Shown: positions 45,950-57,707 of the stretch, one piece after another
How the letters are laid out: each line of letters begins with the position of its first letter
Position numbering within the stretch: the first letter of the stretch is position 1
Assembly (NCBI RefSeq): GCF_964213995.1
Contig: NC_135824.1
Location: 52,452,001 to 52,516,000, forward strand
From: Mustelus asterias
Taxonomy: Eukaryota
Length of the DNA: 64,000 bases
Direction: 5' to 3'
Position numbers and translations under genes: made by a program
Notes under the pieces: generated by a model
Told to the model about the DNA's origin: nothing
What the model saw: the letters and a program-made list of their open reading frames with translations, nothing else
The model's database searches: none

Positions 45950-46640
45950 TGTAACTCATCCAAAATCCTGCTCTCCACCTCCTAGCTTGTCTTGTCCCGT
46001 TCATCTATTATTGATGATTCACATTGGCTCCCAATCCAGCAAAGGCTGATTTAAAAAATCCTCCCTTGCCTTTACTCTTCCCCCATCTCTGTAACCCTCT
46101 CCAGCCCTACGACATTCACAAAATCGTGCACTCCTCTTATTCTGGCCTTTTGCGCATCCCCGGTTTCCATCACTCTGCCATTGTTGGCCATGTCTTTAGC
46201 CACCTGGGCCCTTAAAACTTTAGGATTCCCTTCCTAAACCAGTCCATTTCCCTACCTCGCTCTCCTTGTTCAAGGAGCTGCTTGATACCCAAGTCTTTGA
46301 TACCCAAGGACCTGGGTTCGATTCCCGGCTTGGGTCACTGTCTGTGTGGAGTTTGCACATTCTCCTCGTGTCTGCGTGGGTTTCCTCTGGGTGCTCCGGT
46401 TTCCTCCCACAGTCCAAAGATGTGAGGGTTAGGTTGATTGGCCATGCTAAAATTGCCCCTTAATGTCCTGAGATGCGTAGGTTAGAGGGATCAGTGGGTA
46501 AAATATGTAGGGATATGGGGGTAAGGCCTGGGTGGGATTGTGGTCGGTGCAGACTCGATGGGCCGAATGGCCTCTTTCTGTACTGTAGGGTTTCTATGAT
46601 CTTTGGCCAAGCTTTTGGTCACCTATCCCGATATCTCCTT
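45950..46640 (+). mobile_element. L2-like LINE 3' remnant with an inserted V-SINE (46305-46600)
   Basis: CATTGGCTCCC...CCCATCTCTGTAACC...CCTTCCTAAACC resembles an L2 3' region; SINE core and tail are clear. Confidence 0.65.
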
Positions 46641-47152
46641 GCGTGGCTCGCTATCAAATTCAGTTCTATAATCGCTCCTGCGAAATGCTTTCGAGACATT
46701 TTGCTCGCTGTTGTACCCAACTCCACAAATTGAAGGCACGACCCAGACAAGGAGCAACAAACGTCAAGTGGGGGTAAACAAAGCCAACGTGAAGCAAACC
46801 GCTGAGGCCAGATATTAGCACCGGTACAGATTCTGTGATGTGCTTCTCTGCGTTAACCAAACAAACCAATTCACAATGTGGGATAAATTAAAAATGCAGT
46901 CCCCTAAAGGGATACTGCATCAAAGTAAAAAGAATCTCAACAGAAACTTAAATACATCAAAAGAAAATGTGACTAAAGGGGTCAATAAAACAGCCCAATC
47001 CTTGCAGTGCCCACTGGGTAGATTATGTGATGTCCATGTGTGCACTCAGCATATGTGGTCCAGGAACTATTTGGTAAAGAGACAGACCCCTATATTGTGT
47101 GGAGAATAATTAACGATTAATTCCTACTTCCCCCCCCACCCTTTCTGCTCAC

Positions 47153-47373
47153 GTTTTGATCGACAATGTTCTTGCCCTGACTCGCCAAACTGCTGCCATA
47201 AGCCATCGCCAGGTTAGACACCACGGGGTCGCTGAGGAAGCCCTGCCCCGAAGGGCCAAAGCCAGCACCGCTGCCCTCGTATCCTGGAGCATCCATGTTC
47301 CCGCTGGTATCTTCAAAGAGGTGGCTGGGGTCGCCTGCGACGGGCATCGGCCCCCTCGTTCTCGCCTTGGCAG
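47153..47373 (-). CDS. YIF1B: YIF1B coding exon 2: (P)AKARTRGPMPVAGDPSHLFEDTS...[27 protein letters not shown]
   Basis: Acceptor ctctctattccag, donor AAC|GTGAGC, 221 nt; LF(E/D)DTS and DPVSN.[9 protein letters not shown] motifs. Confidence 0.95.
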
Positions 47374-48004
47374 CTGGAATAGAGAGTGACAGAATAAGGT
47401 GACCCTTGTCGTAACCGGGCTATGAATTCAAAATCACCTTAATCGATGAAGTGTCAATCTTCTGTAGAGGGGTTCACACACGGTTGTAGAATTTCCTCTC
47501 GCCCCCCCCTCCCTCAGCAGAAATACAGAAGCTGTGGATGAATTTCAGAGACCCTTTGAAATGTGTTTAAAAACTCTGAAAGTCATCAGGGCCCCTACCC
47601 TTCTAATTCCACAACAAAATGAGCAACAAAGCAATTATTTTGCCGTGTCAGCAAGAGAAAGGTTGCACAGGGACTTTTAATTCTAAATTGGGTCAGGCCA
47701 CAGGATATATATTTGGACTTCCTTTTACTGAGCGACTGCTGCACTGACCCTTGGATGAGACATGTTAAACCGAAGCCTGGTCTCCTTCCTGGGGTTGATG
47801 TAAAAGGTCCCACAACATGATTTCAAAGATGAGCAAAAGTCTCCCTCATCCCTCGACCAATGCTGCCAAAAGTTGCCTGGTCATTATCAAACTGCTGAAT
47901 GTGGCAGCTTGCTACACAGAAATGCACATTTCTTACATTACAACAATGACTAGAACTCAAAAAAACTTCACTGTCTATAAAGTACGACGCAAGGTCCCAA
48001 GGAT

Positions 48005-48625
48005 GTGAAACTGAACTGGACCAGCCATATAAATACTGTGTCTACAAGAGCGGGTCAGAGGCTGGAATACTGCAGACTCTCCAGAGAGCCTGTCACCATC
48101 TACAAGTCAGGAGTATGATGGAATACTCTGCACCTACCTGGGTGAGTACAGCTCCAACAACACGCAGGAAGCTCAACACCATCCAGGACAAAGCAGCCCC
48201 CCTTGATTGGCACCCCTTCCACCATCTTAATCATTCGCTCCCTCCTCCACCGACAAACAGTGGCAGCAGTGTGTACCGTTTTAAGATGCACTGCAGGAAC
48301 TCACTAAGGCTCCTTCAACAGCACCTTCCAAATCTCTACCATCTAGAAGGGCAAGGGCAGTAGACCCACGGGAATACCCCCCCCCACCCCCGGGGGTTCC
48401 TCTCCAAGTCACTCACCATCCTGACTTGGAACTATAATCGCTGTCCCTTCCCTGTCGCTGGGTCAAATTCCTGGAACTCCCACTCTAACAGTACTGTGGA
48501 TGTACCTACCCCTCAGGACTGCAGCGGTTCAAGAAGGTAGCTCACCACCACCTTCTCAAGGATAACTAGGGATGAGCAATACACACTGGCCCAGCCAGTG
48601 ATGCCCACATCCCACTAATGAATAA
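48005..48625 (+). mobile_element. LINE 3' fragment of a second CR1/L2-group family (tails also at about 3205-3350, 51215-51780 and 63000-63890, -)
   Basis: VRSMMEYSAPTWVSTAPTT.RKLNTIQDKAA ORF2 motif; tail CAGCGGTTCAAGAAGG...CACCACCACCTTCTCAAG. Confidence 0.75.
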
Positions 48626-48889
48626 AATATGTATATACAAGTGCAAGTCTTCCTTGTTTATTGAATATCGTCAGAACCATTTTACAAAATAGTTAAGATC
48701 TGAATTCCGTTAACACATGTTCCCACGGGCAGATAAGATGATTGGAAGTGGGTGAGAATCCACAGATGGAATATAATTTAAGTGTGAAACTCTCCACTTT
48801 GATTGAAAAAACACTTCACTGCTTACTCCAATTCAGGATCATGAGAACTCGGAGCCTATCGTGACATACACTGCAGGACTTACTCAGTT

Positions 48890-50716
48890 AATGGTAGGGC
48901 GTTGGGGAGAGTTACAGAACAAAGAGATCTAGGGGTACATGTTTGTAGCTCCTTGAAAGTGAAGTCACAGGTGGACAGAGTGGTGAAGAAGGCATTCGGC
49001 GTGCTTGGTTTCATCGGTCAGAACATTGAATACAGGAGTTGGAATGTCTTGTTGAAGTTGTACAAGACATTGATAAGGCCACACTTGGAATACTGTGTGC
49101 AGTTCTGGTCACCCCATTATAGAAAGGATATTATTAAACAAGAAAGAGTGCAGAAAAGATTGACAAGGATGCTACCGGGCCTTGATGGTTTGAGTTATAA
49201 GAAGAGGCTGGATAGACTGGGACTTTTTTCTCTGGAGCGCAGAAGGCTGAGGGGTGATCTTATAGAGGTCTATAAAATAATGAGTGGCACAGATCAGCTA
49301 GATAGTCAATATCTTTTCCCAAAGGTAGGGGAGTCTAAAACTAGAGGGCATAGGTTTAAGGTGAGAGGGAAGAGATGCAAAAGTGTCCAGAGGGGGCAAT
49401 TTTTTCACTCAGAGGGTGGTGAGTGGCTGGAACAAGCTGCCAGAGGTAGTAGTAGAGGCGGGTAGAATTTTGTCTTTTAAAAAGCATTTAAACAGTTACA
49501 TGGGTAAGATGGGTATAGAGGGATATGGGCCAAATGCGGGCAATTGGGACTAGCTTAGGTGTTTAAAATAAAAGGGTGCATGGAAAGATGGGCAGAAGGG
49601 ACTGTTTCCATGCTGTAAACCTCTATGACACTGGGTGGTAGGCAAGGGGCACCCAGGAGGAAGGAGGAGGATTGTACAGAACATGCGGGGGTCCACAGGT
49701 GAGCACTCACCTGATAAAGGAGCAGTGCTCTGAAAGCTTGTGGCTTGTGCTACCAAATAAACCTGTTGGACTTTAAACCTGGTATTGTGAGACTTCTTAC
49801 TGTGCTTACCCCAGTCCAACGCCGGCATCTCCACATCACGATGAGTCTCGAACCAGGGGACACAGGTTGGGACAGAGATGAGGAGGAATTTCTTCATACA
49901 GAGGGTGGTGAATCTTTGGAATTCTCTACCCCAGCTCAATCACTGAACATGTTCAAGACAGAAATCCGTGGATTTCTGAAGACTAATGACATTTGGGGAT
50001 AGCATAGGCAAAGGGGTGATGAGGTCACCCTTAATCTAATTGAATGGCAGAGCAGGCGCGAGGGACTGAATAGCCTGCTCCTGTCCCTCTGTTCCTAATC
50101 CCCTTCACAATTTTAAAAGGTTCCCACCTCTGTCTTCCCTTTTCCAGAAAAAAAATGTAGGAAATGGACATAATGAACAAAGTGCAGACCCTCCAGTGGG
50201 AGAGAGAGAGGAAGGAAATTAGAAAGAGCGCAAAAGAGATTTACAAGGATGCTACTGGGACTTGATGGTTTGAGTTATAAGGAGAGGCTGATTAGACGGA
50301 GACTTTTTTCCTCTGGAGCTTAGAAGGCTGAGGGGTGATCTTATAGAGGTCTATAAAATAATGAGGGACACAGATCAGCTAGATAGTCAACATCTTTTCC
50401 CAAAGGTAGGGGACTCTAAAACTAGAGGGCATAGGTTTAAGGTGAGAGGCGAGAGATACAAAAGGGTCCAGAGGGGCCATTTTTTCACACAGAGGGTGGT
50501 GAGTGTCTGGAACAAGCTGCCAGAGGTAGTAGTAGGGGCGGGTACAATTTTGTCTTTTAAAAAACGTTTAGACAGTTACATGGGTAAGATGGGTATAGAG
50601 GGATATGGGCCAAATGCGGGCAATTGGGACTAGCTTAGGGGTTAAAACAAAAGAAGGGCAGCATGGACAAGTTGGACCGAAGGGCCTGTTTCCATGCTGT
50701 AAACCTCTATGACTCT
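48890..50716 (+). mobile_element. Two near-identical CR1 3' ends (48890-49630 and 50225-50716), with a Penelope-like terminus (49700-49838) and a decayed CR1 piece between them
   Basis: LIRPHLEYCVQFWSP, TRGHRFKV, shared tail GGGCCAAATGCGGGCAATTGGGACTAG. Confidence 0.9.
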
Positions 50717-51286
50717 AAGGGCTGCACAACTTTAACTTAAAGCTCAGATTCAGTAACATTGGGAGCAACTTTTCAATTCCTGCAAAGGATTCCAAGAGTT
50801 AAAGCAACACAACCTCAAAAATTATAGCAATGTCAAGTTACTATGACTGCCTTGTTCCAGCCAAAACAGTATGGTGAACATTGGAACAGGGTAGATAGAT
50901 GTTTAGTATCTTGAGACTATTCCATTATTCAGCGAGATCGTGGCTGGTCTGTCACCAAACTCTTTCCCCAGATCCTTTAATGTTTTCCGTTAACTGAAGT
51001 CAATCAATCAGATTCAAAATTAACTGTTAGCTAGCATCAACTGCCTTTTTCAATTTGGTTTCATATCACCCCACGACTTCGCCCCTTCCCTATCTCTGGA
51101 ATTTCCTTCAGCCCCATAAACCTCAAGAGATATTTGGCTTCTCAAGCATACCCCAATTTTAATTTCTCCACCATTGGTGGCCATACTTTCAGCTGCCTGG
51201 GCCCCAAGAGTTCCATGTTGCGAATGGCGTGCCGATCAAGCGGGCTACTTCATCTTAGATGGTGTCGAGCTTCTTGAATGTTGTTG

Positions 51287-51472
51287 AGAGGTCACAGCAG
51301 GTTTATTTGAAATCACAAGCTATTGAGGTGCTACTCCTTCGTCCGGTGACTTCACCTGACAACGGGGCAGCGCCCCGAAAGCTTGTGATTTCAAATAAAC
51401 CCGCTGGACTATAACCTGGTGCCGTGTGACCTCTCATCTTGTCCACCCAGGTCCAACACCGGCATCTCCACA
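51287..51472. mobile_element. Older Penelope-like fold-back insertion with a 15-bp target duplication (one mismatch)
   Basis: TCTTGAATGTTGTTG at 51272-51286 and TCTTGAGTGTTGTTG at 51473-51487; hammerhead-like CTGACAACGGGGCAGCGCCCCGAAAGC. Confidence 0.75.
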
Positions 51473-51623
51473 TCTTGAGTGTTGTTGGAGCTGCACTCAT
51501 CCAGGCAAGTGGAGTATTCCATCACACTCCGAACTTGTAGATGGCTGGTGGACAGGCTTTGGGGAGTCAGGAGATGGGTTTCTCACTGCAAGATTCCCAG
51601 ACTCTGACCTGCTCTTGTAGTCA

Positions 51624-51723
51624 TGATGTGGAGATGCCGGCGTTGGACTGGGGTAAACACAGTAAGAAGTCTCACAACACCAGGTTAAAGTCCGACTTTA
51701 ACCTGGTGTTGTGAGACTTCTTA
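51624..51723. mobile_element. Penelope-like fold-back insertion with a 15-bp target duplication
   Basis: TSD CTGCTCTTGTAGTCA at 51609-51623 and 51724-51738; perfect inverted arms of about 33 bp. Confidence 0.82.
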
Positions 51724-51946
51724 CTGCTCTTGTAGTCACAGTATTTATATGGCTGGTCCAGTTCCGCTTCTGGTCAACGATAACCGCATGGTGTCCAATG
51801 ACAGCACATTCCCTTCCCCAATATGGGATCCAGCATACCACATTTCCTCCTCAGTTTGAGGTGGGGCAGAGGGGGGCATCCCTCCTCTACTCCATTCCCC
51901 CTCAATCTTCTTTGGGGCTTCTTTGGGCTATCCCATTCCCACTTGA

Positions 51947-52240
51947 GGGCAGCACAGTGGTTAGCACAGCTGCCTCACAGCGCCAGGGACCCGGGTTCAA
52001 TTCCGGCCTCGGTCTGTGTGGAGTTTGCACATTCTCTTCCCGTGTCTGCGTGGGTTTCCTCCGGGTGCTCCGGTTTCCTCCCACACCCCAAAGATGTGCG
52101 GGTTAGGTGGATTGGCTATGCTAAATTGCGCTTTAGTGTCTTGGGGATTAGCGGGGTAAATACGTGGGGTTACGGGGGATAGGACCTGCGTGGGATTGAT
52201 GTGGCAGCAGGCTGGATGGCCTCCTTCTGCACTGTAGGGA
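51947..52240 (+). mobile_element. V-SINE
   Basis: Head, core and tail. Confidence 0.9.
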
Positions 52241-52439
52241 CTCAGTCTGGGGGAGGGGATTCTTTGGGCTATCCCATTCGCCCCCACGTGGGGGTGATCC
52301 CACTCCCCAATTTGGGGTGGGGTGTTTCTTTGGGATATTTTGCAACTCAGCAGGAGGGGGGGGGTTGTGGTTCTGGAATATCCCATTCCCCAGTCTTGAA
52401 AGGTGTCCCTGGGCTATTCTATTCCCACCCCTCCCCAAG

Positions 52440-52680
52440 TTTTGGGTGGGGGTGGGGGAGCAGATTGACTCTGGAAGATCCCATTCCCTAATTTTGGGGG
52501 GGGGGGGGGGGGGGGGGGAATGACTCTGGAAGATCCCATTCCCTAATTTGGGGGGGGGGGCAGATTGACTCTGGAAGATCCCACTCCCTAATTGGGGGGG
52601 GGGGGGGGGGGGAGGGACAGAGTGACTCTGGAAGATCCCACTCCCTAATTGGGAGGAGGGGGGGGGGGTGGAACATTCCA
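52440..52680. repeat. Short minisatellite in YIF1B intron 1: 4 copies of GACTCTGGAAGATCCCA(T/C)TCCCTAATT followed by G-runs, with degenerate copies on both sides
   Basis: Core at about 52468, 52522, 52568 and 52625; G-runs of up to about 23 nt. Confidence 0.9.
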
Positions 52681-52819
52681 TTTGTCTCACATGGAGGGGA
52701 GGGTCTGCGGAATATTCCATTTAGAATGGGGTGAATTGGAGGGTCTCTGGGCGATGCCACTCCCGAGTCTGGGGGCGGGGATGTGAGGGGGTGGTCTCTG
52801 GAATATCCCATTCCCCACA

Positions 52820-53720
52820 TTCCCGGTATAGCGGGTCCCTGGCAGTCAGCTGTCGCTGCGTTCCTCTTCCCGTTCGCCAGTTTACCGGACACGGATAACG
52901 AGGGAACTTTGACAGCCGCCTCCGCCACCGTCGCATGGACAATCCATTTGGAGAGAGAGACTGAGGCCACGTACGTAACTTACGCTGTCTAAATCGGCTG
53001 TTCTCCATCGCTTCGCCCGTCCCGCGCGCGCACTTGAGCTCGAGCCCCAACCGCTGGAGGGGATGGGAAGCTCTCGCAGGCTGTCTGATTGACGGCCAAT
53101 CAGCGGGCGCATTCCAGCAGCGGGGCGGGCACCAAGCTGATTGACAGCTACACTCACCAATCAGCGGGCGTATTCCAGATGTGGGCGGGCGACAAGCTGA
53201 TTGACAGCTACAACTGCCAATCAATGGTCGCCCTCCAGCTGTGGGGCTCGCGGCTGGCTGATTGACAGCCAGTCAATGGGCGCCTTCCAGCAGCGGGGCG
53301 GGCGGCAGGCTGATTGACAGCTCCAACTGCCAATCGATGGGCGCCCTCCAGCTGTGGGCTCGCGGCTGGCTGATTGACAGCCAAACAGTGGGCGCCTTCC
53401 AGCAACAGGGCGGGCAGCTGGATGATTGACAGCCATCTTCGCCAATCAATGGGCGTCCTCCAGCAGTGGGGAATCGCAGCTGACTGATAGACAGCCACAG
53501 CCGCCAATCAGTGGGCGCCTGCCAAGAATGACGTCTCACACAACCCCTTGCATTGCCCCCGCCCAACGGCGTCGCCCTCCTCCCACGCCGCAACCAGTGC
53601 GCAGGCGCGGTGACGGAGCCCTCTGGCAGCCTACTTTTCGTACGGCCGACCGAATTTCAGGGGTGGCAATTAAAGTCACGGACGACTGGACTGTTGGAGA
53701 AAGCAGCCCGCAGCCGACCA
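52820..53720. promoter_or_regulatory. YIF1B: YIF1B CpG-island promoter containing a tandem TGATTGACAG/CCAAT/GC-box array (53086-53508)
   Basis: CpG-dense; eight repeat units 52-62 bp apart; NRF1-like TGCGCAGGCGCG near 53598 and CRE-like TGACGTC near 53529. Confidence 0.85.
52984..53008 (-). CDS. YIF1B: YIF1B coding exon 1: MENSRFRQ (an alternative donor at 52975 adds RKL)
   Basis: ATG at 53008 (GCGATGG) inside a CpG island; donor C|GTAAGT; phase 1 matches the next exon. Confidence 0.85.
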
Positions 53721-53874
53721 GAGGACAATCCCTTTAACAGGAAGTTCCCAGCGTCTGAGGAGTGTCAATCACTGGGAGTGGGTGACAGACAGGACAGCCC
53801 AAGGAGGGAGAGAACCATTTCCTTTCCCAACCTGGAAAAGTGCAAAAAAGGCATAGTACCAGAATTAAGAGGTT

Positions 53875-54965
53875 CATAGTGCAGAATAAGGCCATTCAGC
53901 CCATCGAGTCTGTACTGACAACAATCCCATACAGGCCTTGGGAATATGTACTTACCCTGCTCATCCCTCTGGCATTAAGGGTCAATTTAGCATGGCCAAT
54001 CCACCTAACCTACACATCTTTGGACACTAAGGGGCAATTTAGCATAGCCAATCTACCTAACCTGCACATCGCAGTTGACGTCTTCCGCGCCCGTTGGGCA
54101 CCGCAGGGGCTGGGGTGCATTATAGAACCCGATAATCACATTATGATTTGATGTTTTAAGTTTCCTTTGTACTTCTGTTCTGTTCGGACTGTTCCCCCTC
54201 CTTTTGGGGAGCTGCCCCTTTTACTTTATCCCTGAGTTAATTTGAGTTGGTTTATTTGGTTTGCCCTAAAAGAGGCCATACATTTGGACACTAAGGGGCA
54301 GTTTAGCATGGCCAATTCATCTAACCTACATATCTTTCAGACTGTGGGAGGAAACCGGAGCACCCGGAGGAAACCCATGTAGATAAGGATGTTGCCTGGT
54401 ATGGAGGGCATTAGCTCCACACAGTCACCCAAAGCTGTAATCGAGGAGAGGTTGGAGAAACTTGGTTTGTTCTCACTGGAACGAACATTGATGTTGAGGG
54501 GGCGACCTGATAGAAGTCTACAAGATTATGAGAGGCATGGACAGAGTGGATAGTCAGAAGCTTTTTCCCAGGGTGGAAGAATCAATTACTAGGGGGCACA
54601 GGTTTAAGGGGCAAGGTTTAAAGGAGATGTACGAGGCAGATTTTTTACACAGAGGGTGGTGGGTGCCTGGAACTTGCTGCCGGGGGAGGCAGTGGAAGCG
54701 GATACGGTAGTGACTTTTAAGGGGCGGCTTGACAAACACATGAATAGGATGGGAATAGAGGGATATGGTGCCCGGAAGGGTAGGGGATTTTAGTTTAGTC
54801 AGGCAGCATGGTCGGTGCAGGTTTGGAGGGCCGAAGGACCAGTTACTGTGCTGTAATTTTCTTTGTTCTTTGTTCAAAGGGGAGAACTTGCAAACTCCAC
54901 ACAGTCACCCAAAGCTGTAATCGAACCTGGGTCCCTGAAGCAGCATTGCTAACCACTGTGCCACA
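53875..54965. mobile_element. Minus-strand V-SINE split by a probable Tx1/L1-like 3' end (54070-54280, +) and a CR1 3' fragment (54385-54875, +)
   Basis: SINE pieces are collinear across both inserts. VDVFRARWAPQGLGCII...IMI* followed by a T-rich UTR resembles Tx1-clade ORF2 C-termini. Confidence 0.7.
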
Positions 54966-55484
54966 GTACTGCCCCAGTTATACCCATCAGTAAAGATTGT
55001 TGGTGATGTTTTCTCTCTAAAACTCCAGAATACACTGCCTGCGAGTGTGGTGGGGGTTGGTTCAATTGAGGCATTCAAGAGGATGTTAAATGATTATTTG
55101 AATAAAAATAATGTGCAGGGTTACGGGAGAAAAGGCAGGAGAATGGCACCTAGTCATAATGCTCATTCAGAGAGCCGGTGCAGATAGAGTGGGCAGAATG
55201 GTTTCCTACCGCACCCTAACAATTTTGTGATGTTTGCAAAAAAAGTTGACCTGATCAATATCTTTTGAGATTATGAAGGGGGTTCCAAATGGTTGTAATT
55301 TAAGCGCCAAACCAACTGGCATAGGCAAGCATGCTGTGCCAAATTTTCTGATATAGAAATTCACGATATCTGTCCAGTGTGAAAATAAAAATTAAACCGG
55401 GACACTCCACAAGAGAATTATGGAACAAAATCTGACACCAAGCCACATAAGGTGCTATAAGAGCTGATGACCAAAAGGTTGACT

Positions 55485-56880
55485 CATAGAATCCCTACAG
55501 TGCAGAAAGAGGCCATTCGGCCCATCGAGTCTGCGCTGACTCTCTTCATCCTACCTCTCTGCGCTATCTCCATAACCCAGTGCATTTAGCATGGCTAATC
55601 CACCTAATTTACACATCTTTGGACACTAAGGGCAAATTGGCAAGACTAATCCACTTAACCTATATGTCTTTGGACACTAATTCTGGACTTCTACTGCTTC
55701 GCCCACCACGGATTTGGAGTGAGCGAGGGGCGGACAATGGAAATGCCCGTTGACCTCGGGCGGGAATTTCTGGTCTTGCTCGAGCAAATCCTGTCCTAAA
55801 TGGCAACTTAGCATAGCCAATCCACCTAAACTGAACATCTTTGGACACTAAAGGTCAATTTAGCAAAGCCAATCAACTTAACCGGCAAATCTATGGAGTG
55901 TGGGAGGAAACCGGAGCACCTTGAGGAAACCCACGCAGACATGGGGAGAACGTGCAAACTCCACCCAGTCACCCAAGGCTGGAATTGAACCCAGTTCTTT
56001 GACGCTGTGAGGCAGCAGTGCTAACCACTGTGCCATCGTGCCACCCATGGTTGTAAGGAGTCTCTGAAAGAAGAAAGGGGAGGTTCAGGGGGCTGGTATT
56101 CCAGAATATAGAGCAGAGACCTATATAAGTGTTGCTTAAGTGGGAGCCAAGACAGATTGGTGAGCTGGTAGTCAATGTGGGAGTGATTAAACGTGGGGAC
56201 AATCAAAAAGCTGGAATAGAGGAGTGCTGGGACCTTGATCTTGTGAGTTGTACAGGTGGAGATTACAGATAGAGGTGAAGCAATGGACAGATTTGAAAAG
56301 TAGGATGGGAGTTTTAAAATCAAAGTGTTGCTTAAGTGGGAGCCAAGACAGATTGGTGAGAACAGGGTTGATGGATAAACAAGATTTGTTGCAGATTAGG
56401 ACACAGAGAGTAGAGCTTTTGATGGCCTCCATGTGTAGAATGTGCAAGTCTGGCCAGGAGTGCTTTGGAACACTCAAGCCTAGACGTAGCGAAGACACGG
56501 ACAAGAGTTAGAGCAGCAGAAGAACTGAGCCAGGGTGGTGCTACAAAGCTGGAAACAGGCATCTTAATTATGTCTTTGGAAATGTGATTGGGGTCAAAAA
56601 TGACCCCAAATTTGTGGGCAATCAAATTCACTGTTGCGGCAGATGGGGAAAGAAGCAGGTGCGAGAGAAAGCAGGGTTTGAATCAGGGACCAAAGAGGAA
56701 ATTTCTGCTCATCCAGTACTGATTAGAAATAAAATCTAATGACTTAGTGGAGGGGCGGAGAGAGTTATTGCTGAGGTAGAGTTGGGCATTGTGCAGGTGA
56801 AAATATCGTCGGGGGAACACAATGTGGATGGAAAATAGGAAGGAGACAAGATAAATCCTTGGGGGCTATCAGAATTTCCT
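55485..56880 (-). mobile_element. V-SINE with tandem units and a MITE insert (55485-56045), followed by an L2-like LINE remnant (56045-56880)
   Basis: SINE core; L2-like TLVRVFATSRL and LSWLPLKQH.DFK motifs on the minus strand. Confidence 0.7.
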
Positions 56881-57396
56881 GGTGGACTGAACATTTTTGA
56901 GTCCATATGACTTCTTCAAAGCTAAGGGGAGAAATGTAATGGATTTTATACTGTTTAAGAGGGGATGGAGCAGAGTGGAAGGTCAGTGATAGATGGAAGC
57001 TAAGAGGGATTGCACAAAAATGTTTGAAAGGAGGTGTTAATGGTAGCATTAAGAACTAAAGAAGGTGCTCATAATGGCATACAAGATAGCAGAACAAAGG
57101 TCAGTGCTCAGTGAGAGCAGAACTGAAGAACAAGTGACAGATGGTCCTGTGGGGGAGGGGTTGGTGGGGGAATTGCATGGAGACAAAAATTTGGATTTTG
57201 GAAAATGGGTTAAGATGGAGGAGAAAGTTCACTGACTGAAGTTGTTGATCTCAATGCTGAGTGCAAAAGACTGTAAAGTGCCTAATCGGAAGATGAGCTG
57301 TGGTTCCTCCAGTTTGCATTGGGCTTCACTGGAACATTGGAGCAGGCCAAGGATGGATGAGTCGGCAAGGGGCAAGATGCTGAGTTAAAATGGCAA

Positions 57397-57707
57397 ATCA
57401 TAGAATCCCTACAGTGCGGAAGGAGGCCATTCAGCCCATCGAATCTGCACTGACCACAATCCCACCCCATAACCACATGCATTTACCCTAGCTAGTCCCC
57501 CTGACACTAAGGGAGAATTTAGCACGGCCAATCCACCTAACCCACATATTTTTGGAGTGTGGGAGGAAACCGGAGCACCCGGAAGAAACCTACGTAGACA
57601 CGGAGAGAATGTGCAAACTCCACACAGACAGTCACCCAAGCCGGGAATCGAACCCAGGTCCCTGGCACTGTGAGGCAGCAGTGCTAACTGTGTCACCATG
57701 CCACCCA
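57397..57707 (-). mobile_element. V-SINE nested in the Penelope-like element
   Basis: Head, core and tail in reverse complement. Confidence 0.9.

Noticed and set aside
32549-53008. YIF1A as alternative identity
   Set aside because: [12 protein letters not shown] and [25 protein letters not shown] match YIF1B.
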